A stretch of DNA of 64,000 nucleotides from Candidatus Latescibacterota bacterium (GTDB taxonomy: Bacteria; Latescibacterota; UBA2968; UBA8231): NCBI GenBank assembly GCA_965242865.1, contig CBDETK010000013.1:3840001-3904000 (forward strand). Reading direction: 5' to 3'. Position 1 is the stretch's first letter, and the number at the start of each line of letters is the position of its first letter. The position numbers were made by a program, and so were the translations under genes. Shown piece after piece: positions 41,496 through 50,009 of the stretch. The notes under the pieces were generated by a model, which worked only from the letters and a program-made list of their open reading frames with translations, was not told the origin of the DNA and did no database searches.

Positions 41496-42119
41496 ATGGC
41501 TAAAGAAAAAAAGAAGACCTCGCGTCAAGCTTATGGCATCACAGTACTCAAAGCCGCACACCCTCGGGTGCGTGCTCACAAAAAGAAGCACGAACCCTGC
41601 ATCCACGGCAACAAATTCTGGAATGTAAGCTGGTGCGTGATGGACTTCCTCGCGCATCAGGGCCTACCGCCAAAAACGCGGGTTTTGGATATAGGCTGCG
41701 GTTGGGGCCTCGCCGGGATATACTGCGCCAAAAACCACGACGCCAAAGTCACGGCCATGGACGCGGACGCAGCGGTCTTTCCCTACTTGCAGCTACACGC
41801 CGAGATCAACGGCGTCGAGATAAAAACTTGGCACTGCAAGTTCAAGAACGTCAAAAAGAAAAACCTGCGCCGAACCAACCTGATCATCGGGGCCGACATT
41901 TGCTTCTGGGACGATATGGTTGATCCGCTCTACAAGCTGATCAAAAAGGCGGTCGAAGTTGAGGTCGGTCAGGTCATCATCGCCGATCCGGGCCGACCGC
42001 CCTTTCACGAGCTGAGCGAGAAGGTCATCGCAAAGCTCGGCGGCGAGCTCAAGGAGTGGGAAATCAACGGCGCGGTCAAAGCCGACGCATACCTGCTCAT
42101 CGCGGGTGCGCTGCCCTAA
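41496..42119 (+). CDS. Class I SAM methyltransferase (protein-lysine methyltransferase-like)
   Basis: HGNKFW, VLDIGCGWG, IIGADICF, IADPGR. Confidence 0.82.
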   Translation: MAKEKKKTSRQAYGITVLKAAHPRVRAHKKKHEPCIHGNKFWNVSWCVMDFLAHQGLPPKTRVLDIGCGWGLAGIYCAKNHDAKVTAMDADAAVFPYLQLHAEINGVEIKTWHCKFKNVKKKNLRRTNLIIGADICFWDDMVDPLYKLIKKAVEVEVGQVIIADPGRPPFHELSEKVIAKLGGELKEWEINGAVKADAYLLIAGALP

Positions 42120-42155
42120 GAATTCACGCGGCGAGACGCGCTTGACGAAGCTCGC

Positions 42156-43124
42156 TCAGAACCAGTTTCCTTTATCGACCACATTCACCAACTCCGCGCC
42201 GCGGGCGAAACGCTGGCAATTTTCCACCAGCAGCTCGCGCCGGCGCTCCTCCAAATAAGGGCCGGCCGCGGCCACGTGCGGGGTCATCAGGAAGTTCGGG
42301 GCTGTCCACAGCGGGTGCTCCGGCGGCAGCGGCTCCTCCTCAAACACATCTAGACCGGCCCCGGCGATCTGGCCTTCGCGCAGAGCTTGATCGAGGTCGG
42401 CCAACTGGACGTTCGCGCCGCGACCGATGTTGACGAAGTACGCGGTAGTTTTCATCTGCTCGAACTGGGCGCTGGTGAAAAGGCCCTCGGTCTGCGGCGT
42501 CTGCGGCGCAGTAACTAGGACAAAGTCCGCCCTCGGCAGGAGCGAGTTGAGCAACTCAGGGCGGTATAACTCGTCAACGCCCGGCGGCGGCGACTCAACG
42601 CGGGGATCGACGCCCAGGGTCGTCATGCCCCAATGCTTGCACTGACGCGCGGTCTCTGCGCCAATCCCGCCGACGCCGACGATCAGCGCGGTGGCTTCAG
42701 GCAGGTACGTTGAAAGGCTCGATTCCCCTTCGCCGCGCCACTGGCCGGCGAACTGGGCGCGGAAGTAGCGGTGCATACCGCGCGCGAGCGCGAGCACAAA
42801 GGCCATGATATGGGCCGAGATGTGGTCGTTGAAGATGCCGCGAAAATTGGTCACCACCACGTCGCTGGCGACGAGTTCCGGGAAGTAATACCCCTTGGGC
42901 GGGCCAGCGGCTGGAGCGGCCAACCACTTGAGCTGGACGGCTGCGGCCAACAACTCCCGGTCCAAGGTGCCGAAACAGGCTTGCGCCGTGGGGAGAGCGG
43001 CTAGGGCTTGGGCGCGGCTTTCGCAATGGACGATCTCCAGCGCGGGGACGGCCGCGGACATGGCCGCGGCTAGGGCGCGGGTGCGCTCGCTGGCGGGTGA
43101 CAAAAAGACGAATTTGAAAGACAT
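42156..43124 (-). CDS. D-2-hydroxyacid dehydrogenase family
   Basis: GVGGIG, VNIGRG, LDVFEEEPLP..HPLW, TPH; AAAGGAG RBS. Confidence 0.92.
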   Translation of the reverse strand: MSFKFVFLSPASERTRALAAAMSAAVPALEIVHCESRAQALAALPTAQACFGTLDRELLAAAVQLKWLAAPAAGPPKGYYFPELVASDVVVTNFRGIFNDHISAHIMAFVLALARGMHRYFRAQFAGQWRGEGESSLSTYLPEATALIVGVGGIGAETARQCKHWGMTTLGVDPRVESPPPGVDELYRPELLNSLLPRADFVLVTAPQTPQTEGLFTSAQFEQMKTTAYFVNIGRGANVQLADLDQALREGQIAGAGLDVFEEEPLPPEHPLWTAPNFLMTPHVAAAGPYLEERRRELLVENCQRFARGAELVNVVDKGNWF

Positions 43125-43193
43125 CGGGCTCCTTTCGCTGGGGCGTGATTGAGAGGCCGAAAAAGCGTGCGCAAGGCCGTGGACTAGGCACCC

Positions 43194-43219
43194 GACGGAG
43201 GGCGAGACGCCCTCCATCC
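43194..43219. repeat. REP-like palindrome, family GAGGGCG-NNN-CGCCCTC, copy 2
   Basis: GACGGAGGGCG-AGA-CGCCCTCCATCC. Confidence 0.5.
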
Positions 43220-43368
43220 TAGACGAATCGGGGCACCAGAAAGACCTAGGCGTCGCGTACTTAGGCTTGAGCCTCTAAGGATTGGCGCAATATACCGCTC
43301 AGCACCAGCGGCGACAATCAGTTGACCGGATGGGCCTTTGGCGCGACTATTTCCCTACCGGATAACCG

Positions 43369-43755
43369 ATGAAACCCGCGACCTGTTCCCAAATACCACC
43401 GGCCGAAATGGCGGCCTACCGAGCCGCCGCCCGCCAGCGCAACCGCGCCGAAAAGGAGCGTCTGCACCTCCGTCGTCAGCGTGCTTGGACCCTAGCGCGG
43501 CAGGCCGCCCGCCTACTCGAGGAACGCTTCAACGCCGAGCGAGTGGTGCTCTTCGGCTCGCTGGCCCACGAGGACCGGTTCAACCGCTGGTCCGATGTAG
43601 ATATCGCCGCTTGGGGCCTCCGGCCCGAGGACGTTTGGCGAGCACTCGGAGCGGTCATGGACCTCGACTCAGAGATTGCAGTGGATTTGGTCGATATGGC
43701 CTGCTGCCGCCCCTCTCTAAGAGCGGTTATCGAGCGCGAAGGAGTTGAGCTATGA
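43369..43755 (+). CDS. Minimal nucleotidyltransferase (MNT antitoxin)
   Basis: VVLFGSLA...SDVDIA...VDLV. Confidence 0.88.
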   Translation: MKPATCSQIPPAEMAAYRAAARQRNRAEKERLHLRRQRAWTLARQAARLLEERFNAERVVLFGSLAHEDRFNRWSDVDIAAWGLRPEDVWRALGAVMDLDSEIAVDLVDMACCRPSLRAVIEREGVEL

Positions 43756-43853
43756 TCGCCCGCCACCTCGTCAACGCCGAACGCATCTGCCGAGAATTGG
43801 AAAACATCGAGGAGGTCGTCACTTATCTGCGCGCCCTCGGGTATCTAGCGTGA
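43752..43853 (+). pseudogene. Stub of the probable HEPN partner fused to an unrelated gene end
   Basis: ATGA-coupled 33-aa ORF MIARHLVNAERICRELENIEEVVT-YLRALGYLA*. Confidence 0.5.
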
Positions 43854-44929
43854 CCGCCGCCCATCTATTCGTCTTATTGCTCGTCTTGGCTGGGTGCGGT
43901 GAAGAGGCGAGCGTGGGTAGCACCCCAAGCGGCGACTGTGCTGGCAACATTCTGCCGGGCAACCACATCGTGCGCTCGCGTGCCGATGCGGACGCGCTGG
44001 AGAAGAAGGGGCGATGCAATTACACCATTGCCGGCGATCTCGAAATTACGCGCCTGAACCTCGCCCTTTTCGAGGGGCTGAATCAGCTCAGCGCCGTGGA
44101 TGGCAACCTCAGTATCTACGACAACGACGAGCTCAAAAACTTTGAGGGCCTGCGCGACCTCGCCTCTGTGGGCGGCGACGTCGCCATCCACGACAACGGC
44201 GAACTCGTCAATCTCAAGGGGCTATCCTTCCTCCACACCGTCGGCGGGCACTTTAGCGTCTCCCACAACGACAAGCTGGTCGCCGTAGATGGCCTCATCA
44301 AACTCAACGCGGTCGGCGGCAATGTCCGCATCGACAACAACAACCAATTGGCCGATGTCGATGGCTTGTTCGGCCTCACCGCAGTCGGCGGCAGCTTTAT
44401 CATTGCGTTCAACCCCTCTCTTGTGCTCGTAGAAGACCTTTCTAATCTCAGCAGCGTGCGCGGCGACTTCGTCGTCGAGGACAACTGGGCCCTCACCGCG
44501 CTAGAAGACGTATCGGCTCTAAAGGAGATTGGCGGCAGCTTGCGGATTGGCCGCAACGCCGCGTTGGACCTCGTCGAGGACGTATTGAGCCTAACGCACA
44601 TCGGCCAAGACCTGAGCATTTACAGCAACCCGCGGCTGACGAGCATGGCCGGGCTGGCCCAGCTCAGCCGCGTCGGGCGCGATCTCAATATCTACAACAA
44701 CGAAAAATTGACCGCTTTGGCGGGGTTGGAAAGCCTAGAGCAGGTCGGGCGCGATCTCAACCTCTACAACAACGAAAAATTGACCAGTCTCGCCGGGCTG
44801 GCCCAGCTCGTCGGCATTGGGCGCAACGTGCTCATCGTCGAAAACGGCAACGTACCGACGAGCGAGGCCCAAGCCTTGGCCGAGCGGGCCGCGGCCGGCG
44901 AGGTGTCCATCGCCGACAACGCGGATTAA
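43850..44929 (+). CDS. Lipoprotein with receptor-L-domain/leucine-rich repeats
   Basis: GTG start, lipobox LAGC; about 11 repeats of 25 aa (L..VGG.L.I..N..L..L.GL). Confidence 0.85.
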   Translation: MTAAHLFVLLLVLAGCGEEASVGSTPSGDCAGNILPGNHIVRSRADADALEKKGRCNYTIAGDLEITRLNLALFEGLNQLSAVDGNLSIYDNDELKNFEGLRDLASVGGDVAIHDNGELVNLKGLSFLHTVGGHFSVSHNDKLVAVDGLIKLNAVGGNVRIDNNNQLADVDGLFGLTAVGGSFIIAFNPSLVLVEDLSNLSSVRGDFVVEDNWALTALEDVSALKEIGGSLRIGRNAALDLVEDVLSLTHIGQDLSIYSNPRLTSMAGLAQLSRVGRDLNIYNNEKLTALAGLESLEQVGRDLNLYNNEKLTSLAGLAQLVGIGRNVLIVENGNVPTSEAQALAERAAAGEVSIADNAD

Positions 44930-45670
44930 GCCATCCCAGTAATAACCTGCTCTACCTCGGCAACGGTCGTCTCCTTGGGATCGATGTCGGCGGCGACGAC
45001 GCGGCCTTGGCGCAGCACCACGATCCGGTCCACAACCTCAAAGACGTGGTGGATGTTGTGCGCGATAAAAATGCAGGAGTGGCCCGAGTCGCGGGCGTTG
45101 CGGACGAAGCGCAAGACGCCTTGGGTCTCGGCCACTCCTAGGTTGTTGGTCGGCTCGTCGAGAATGATCAGCTCGCTATCGAAATACATGGCGCGCAATG
45201 GCCACGGATTGACGCTCGCCGCCCGACAACGCGCCAATGGGCGTCGTGGGGGGAATGTCCTTTTCAATGCCCACCTGATTGAGCAGGGCACGGGCCACCT
45301 TGGCCATGGCGTCTTGGTCCATGCGCCCCAAAAACGCCGGGCCTTTTAGGGGCTCGCGGCCTAAGAAAAAATTCCGCGCAATGGACAGTTCCGCTACGAG
45401 GGCGGAGTCTTGGTAGATGGTCTCAATGCCGTAGCCAATGGCGTCGGCCGTGCTCTTTATGTCGGCTCTCGCGCCGCGAATGAAGATGGCACCGCTACTG
45501 GCGGGGACGGCCCCAGAGAGAATTTTGATCAGGGTGGATTTACCGGCCCCATTGTCGCCGAGCAAGCCGACGATTTCGCGCTCGTTGACCGTCAGGTGGA
45601 CGTTTTCGAGGGCATGCACCCGGCCGTAGGACTTGCTGATGTTTTTCATCTGGACTAGTGGGGTAGTCAA
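44926..45670 (-). pseudogene. Sugar ABC transporter ATP-binding subunit, frameshifted
   Basis: GDNGAGKST, LSGGERQ; shift at gcc att gcg cgc|cat near 45190; continues MYFDSELIILDEPT. Confidence 0.85.
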
Positions 45671-45673
45671 AGG

Positions 45674-47825
45674 TCAGTCACCCCCGATAAAGTTGGCGAT
45701 GGCGCGGGCTTCGGCTTCAGTGATATTCAACGACGACTTGAATGTGCCCGGGGCAAACGCCCGCGGATTGGTGAGAAACCGCTCCAAACTATCTGGCGTC
45801 CACACCTCGTCTCGCGAGCGGAGGGCGTCTGAGAACAGGTAGCCGCTGGCTGCGCCCGCCCGCCGACCCACCACCCCGACCAGATGCGGCCCCCTGCCGT
45901 GCTGCTCGACATTCAAGCTATGACAACCGCTGCAATGCGCGTCGTATAGCTGAGTGCCAGTCGCCGCGACGGTCTCCACCGTATCCGGGCAGTCAATCGT
46001 ATAGACGCTGTTCGACTTAGCCTCATTACTACAGTGGGTGTAGGATCGGCTCAGGAAATGGATCTGCCCCCCATCGGCCAATAACGCGAGACGTCGATCC
46101 GGCATTTGCGCCAGATCCCGGATACGGGCACCAACTCCAATGCGCTCAACGTATTGTACCTCCGTGCCATCGCGGCGGACGCGAAAGAGCGCGTGGCCGC
46201 GATGTGCTGCGCCGGAAAGCGAACCGATCAGCAGATCGTCTTTCCACAGGGGGAACAACCGCTCGTCATTGACGATGATGCCGGAGATGCCGATGGACGG
46301 CACCCACGCGAAAACGGGCGTTATAAAGCCATCGTGGCATCCCACCTCTTCGTCGTTGGGCAGGATAACTTCTCTACCATACCCGATGCCATACGTAACC
46401 TGCGGCCAACCGTAATTGCCGCCCGGTTCCAGCACGTTGAGTTCATCGCCGCCCCGCGGTCCGTGCTCGGTTTCCCACAAGGTGCCGGCCGCGTCCCGGG
46501 CGAATCCCTGCGGGTTGCGGAGGCCGAAGGCCAGCGTCTCCGCCCGGCCAGTCTCGATTTCGATACGGACGAGCTTGCCCAAGTGCGAGTCTGGGTCTTG
46601 AGCGTACTCAGAGAGTTTTTGATCTCCAATTACGACCAACAAGTGGCCGGGGCTGTCCGTCACCATCCGGCCGCCTGCTTGCTCGGATGCGGCACTCAGG
46701 CAAGGCTCCGCATCAAAGATCGTCCTCCACGCCGACGATACCGACACGTCCGTGCCTTGTTGCACAAGCGTCGTAGCGGACAACCTGAACCGGATGCACT
46801 CGCCGGTGAAATAGTGATGCGTCACAAACAGTTCATATTGCCCCGCCGAATGCTGTTTCAACAAAATGTCGGCCACTCGAAACAGGTACGAGCCGAAATT
46901 TGCTTGGTCCGGGTGTACTTGGAGTTCCTCCTTATTCATCGGCACGTTCCCTTCGAGATACACCACCTCCCGGTTTGGGCGCACCAGCGCGAACTTCCCC
47001 CGCGGCGTTGCCACGAGCAAGTCGTTGCCCAACGGCGCGATAGCACCACCTCTCACGGGATCCTGCCGGAGCCGGACCCACACTGATTGCAGTTTATACA
47101 AGTGCGTCTTGAGTTCCTTGGCGGGACCGACGACGCCCAACACCGCTGTCGCCGAGTACGACGCGCCCTCTTTGTCATAGTCCACCTGCACTGACACGCG
47201 CTTCCCTTGCATGTCCGGCCCCATGAAGTACTGCCAAGACGGTCGATCTGGATTCCTCGGCAACACCTTGCAATCAGACCCATCCGCACTACAAATAAAC
47301 CAATGCCACGCCGACCGATTCACAAATGGACGCCGATTGTATAAGCCAACCTCTACGGTTTCTCCCACCAACAGCGGTACGCCGCCGCTAATCGCATCGG
47401 CTGGGGTCGCTTGCAGCACGGGGGCTGTTATCGCAACCGGGGCCGACCACTCGGAGGGCCCCGCGGCGTTGACAGCGGCCACCCGAACCTCATACTCCAT
47501 GCCGCTCATCGCCCATCTATCTGTGATGGTATAGGGCGAAGAGGGCGTGGTGTATGAGCTCCAAGCGGGAACGAGTTGGTTTTTCGGTCGGATGGCGACC
47601 TTGTAACTCGTCGCGCCGGGGATTGTGCGCCAAGCAACGGTCAGGCGTCGGTTGGCAGTGCTCACGGCGACTTGGTACTGGTTATCGGTGGTGCTTTTGA
47701 TGTCCAAACAGCCAGCGGATGCCAACAACATGAGCAAGAGAGCAAGGGCCGAAATTTGGGAGCGAATTTTCGGGGGGGGGGGGCAACTTATTGTTTTTCA
47801 ATGACTTACGTAAATTATCTAACAT
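45674..47825 (-). CDS. FN3 + glucose/sorbosone dehydrogenase (GSDH) + cytochrome c lipoprotein, copy 1, out of frame at C12 (phase OFF?)
   Basis: ATG 47825 MLDNLRKSLKNNKL+C12; C11 restores PPPPKIRSQISALALL...AGC; GLRNPQG, EHGP.GGDELN, NYGWP, CSGCH. Confidence 0.8.
47772..47783 (-). repeat. Poly-C tract (C12, coding strand) in GSDH copy 1
   Basis: G12 on + strand. Confidence 0.9.
47784..47808. promoter_or_regulatory. 25-bp AT-rich pseudo-palindrome, site 4
   Basis: + strand CAACTTATTG-TTTTT-CAATGACTTA. Confidence 0.6.
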
Positions 47826-47894
47826 TATTGCTCCAAAGGTGTCCAACCGGGAACAGATATTATAAAGCAAAACCTTATTACACGCTCCCCGGAT

Positions 47895-49805
47895 TCATCG
47901 CCCCGTATCCGCGCAGTCAATCGCATAGACGCTGCGGTTCCTCTTAGCCTCATCGTTGCAGTGGGCGTAGGAGCGGCTCAGAAAATGAACCTGTCCCCTA
48001 TCAACCAACAGCGCGAGACGTCGATCCGGCATTTGCGCCAGATCCCGGATTCGGTCGCCAATGTCAATGCGCTCGACGTATTGCACAGCCGTGCCATCGC
48101 GGCGGACTCGAAAGAGCGCGTGGCCGCTAGCCGAGGTGCCGGAAAGCGAACCGATCAGCAGGTCGTCTCTCCACAGGGGGAACCATCGCTCGTCATTGAC
48201 GATGAGGCTGGAGATGCCGATGGACGGCACCCACGCGAAAGCGGGCTTTGTGAAGCCATCGTGGAGCCCCACCTCTTCGGCTCGGGTCACATTAACCCTT
48301 CTAACCTTTTTTCCATACCCAACGCCGTACGTAACCTGCGGCCAACCGTAGTTGCCGCCCGCTACCAGCACGTTGAGTTCATCGCCGCCCTGCGGTCCGT
48401 GCTCGGTTTCCCACAGGTTGCCGTCCTCGTCCCGGGCGAGCCCCTGCGGATTGTGGAGGCCCAAGGCCAGCGTCTCCGCCCGCCCGGTCTCGATTTCGAC
48501 GCGGACGAGCTTGCCCAAGTGCGAGTTCGAGGCTTGAGAGCGGCTCCCATAACCATGATCTCCAATTGCGACCAACAAGTGGTCGGGGCCGTCGGTCACC
48601 ATCCGGCCGCCCGCTACTTCTCCGCGAATGCCGGATATGGGGGGGATGCAGGGTTCGGCGTCGAATATCGTTCTCCACGCCGACGAGACCGACACGGCCG
48701 CGCCTTGTTGCACAAGCGTCGTAGCGGACAACCGGAATCGGAGGCACGTACCAGTGAAATAGTGATGCGTCACAAACAGTTCATATTGCCCCGCCGAATG
48801 CCGCTTCAACAAAATGTCGGCCACTCGAAACTGGCTCAAGGGGAGATTTTCCCGGTCCGGGTGTGCTTGGAGTTCGGCCCTGTTCATCGGCACGTTTCCC
48901 GCGAGATAGGCCACCTCCCCGGTTGAGGACACCAGCGCGAGCCGCCCCCACGGCGTGGCCACGAGCAAGTCGTTGCCCAACGGCGCGAGAGCACCGCCGC
49001 GGGCGTGATCCCATTGAAGCCAGACCTGCAACGATTGCAGATCATACAAGTGCGTCGGGAGCGGCTGGGGGCGGCTTAGAGCGGGGGGCAGGCTACCGCA
49101 CTGCGGACCATACAGGTGCGTCGTGGGGGCCTCGGCCGAGCCGACGACGCCCAACACCGCCATCGCCGAGTACGACGCGCCCTCTTGGTCGTAGTCCACC
49201 TGCACCGACAGGCACTTCCCCTGCATGGCCGGCTCCATGAAGTACTGCCAAGACGGTCGATTTTGACTCCTCGGCAATACCTTGCAATCAGACCCGTCCT
49301 CGCTGCAAATAGACCAATGCCACCGCGACCTGTTCACAAATGGATGCCGACTGCGCAAGGTAACGACTACGGTTTCTCCCACCAGCGGAGGCGCGAAGCC
49401 GCCAATCGCATCGGCCGGAGCCGCTTGGAGAGAGGGAGCTGTTATCGCAACCGGGGCCGACCACTCGGATTGCCCCTCGGCGTTGGCCGCGGCTACCCGA
49501 ACCTCATACTCCATCCCGCTCATCGCCCACATCTTCGCGATGGTATAGGGCGAGGAGGGCGCGGTGTATTCGCGCCAAGCGGGGACGAGTTGGTTTTTCG
49601 GTCGGATGGCGATCTGATAACTCGTCGCGCCGGGGATTTCGCGCCAAGCGACGGTCAGGCGTCGGTTGGAAGCACTAATGGCGATTTCGGTGGGCGCACC
49701 GAGGGCTTCCACCTTGTCGGGAGGGCCGTTGGCATCGCATGCCAACAGCGTGAGCAATAGGGCAAGCGCCGAAACTCGGGAGCGAATTTTCGGGGGAAAA
49801 CTCAT
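47895..49805 (-). CDS. FN3 + GSDH lipoprotein, copy 2 (no cytochrome c domain, no motif or long tract)
   Basis: Lipobox LLAC; same GSDH motifs; ends YAIDCADTGR*. Confidence 0.82.
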   Translation of the reverse strand: MSFPPKIRSRVSALALLLTLLACDANGPPDKVEALGAPTEIAISASNRRLTVAWREIPGATSYQIAIRPKNQLVPAWREYTAPSSPYTIAKMWAMSGMEYEVRVAAANAEGQSEWSAPVAITAPSLQAAPADAIGGFAPPLVGETVVVTLRSRHPFVNRSRWHWSICSEDGSDCKVLPRSQNRPSWQYFMEPAMQGKCLSVQVDYDQEGASYSAMAVLGVVGSAEAPTTHLYGPQCGSLPPALSRPQPLPTHLYDLQSLQVWLQWDHARGGALAPLGNDLLVATPWGRLALVSSTGEVAYLAGNVPMNRAELQAHPDRENLPLSQFRVADILLKRHSAGQYELFVTHHYFTGTCLRFRLSATTLVQQGAAVSVSSAWRTIFDAEPCIPPISGIRGEVAGGRMVTDGPDHLLVAIGDHGYGSRSQASNSHLGKLVRVEIETGRAETLALGLHNPQGLARDEDGNLWETEHGPQGGDELNVLVAGGNYGWPQVTYGVGYGKKVRRVNVTRAEEVGLHDGFTKPAFAWVPSIGISSLIVNDERWFPLWRDDLLIGSLSGTSASGHALFRVRRDGTAVQYVERIDIGDRIRDLAQMPDRRLALLVDRGQVHFLSRSYAHCNDEAKRNRSVYAIDCADTGR

Positions 49806-50009
49806 TGATACGACAATCCTCTAACACTGTCGAGCCAACGATGTCCATGCGTAACCTAACGGATTATAGAAGAATCAAACGTTAGCAGCAAAAAGGCCAG
49901 CGAAACCCGCTCGGCCCCCAGTGCCTTGACGCGAAAGAGCAGATTAAACCGAGCAGAGGAAGCAATGACGGAATGGGCAAACGCCCCCGAAGGCCGCACA
50001 GCGGCTGGC

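Noticed and set aside
38685-42119. Integron cassette array
   Set aside because: No convincing attC structure (RYYYAAC...GTTRRRY with internal dyad) in the short spacers, and no integrase.
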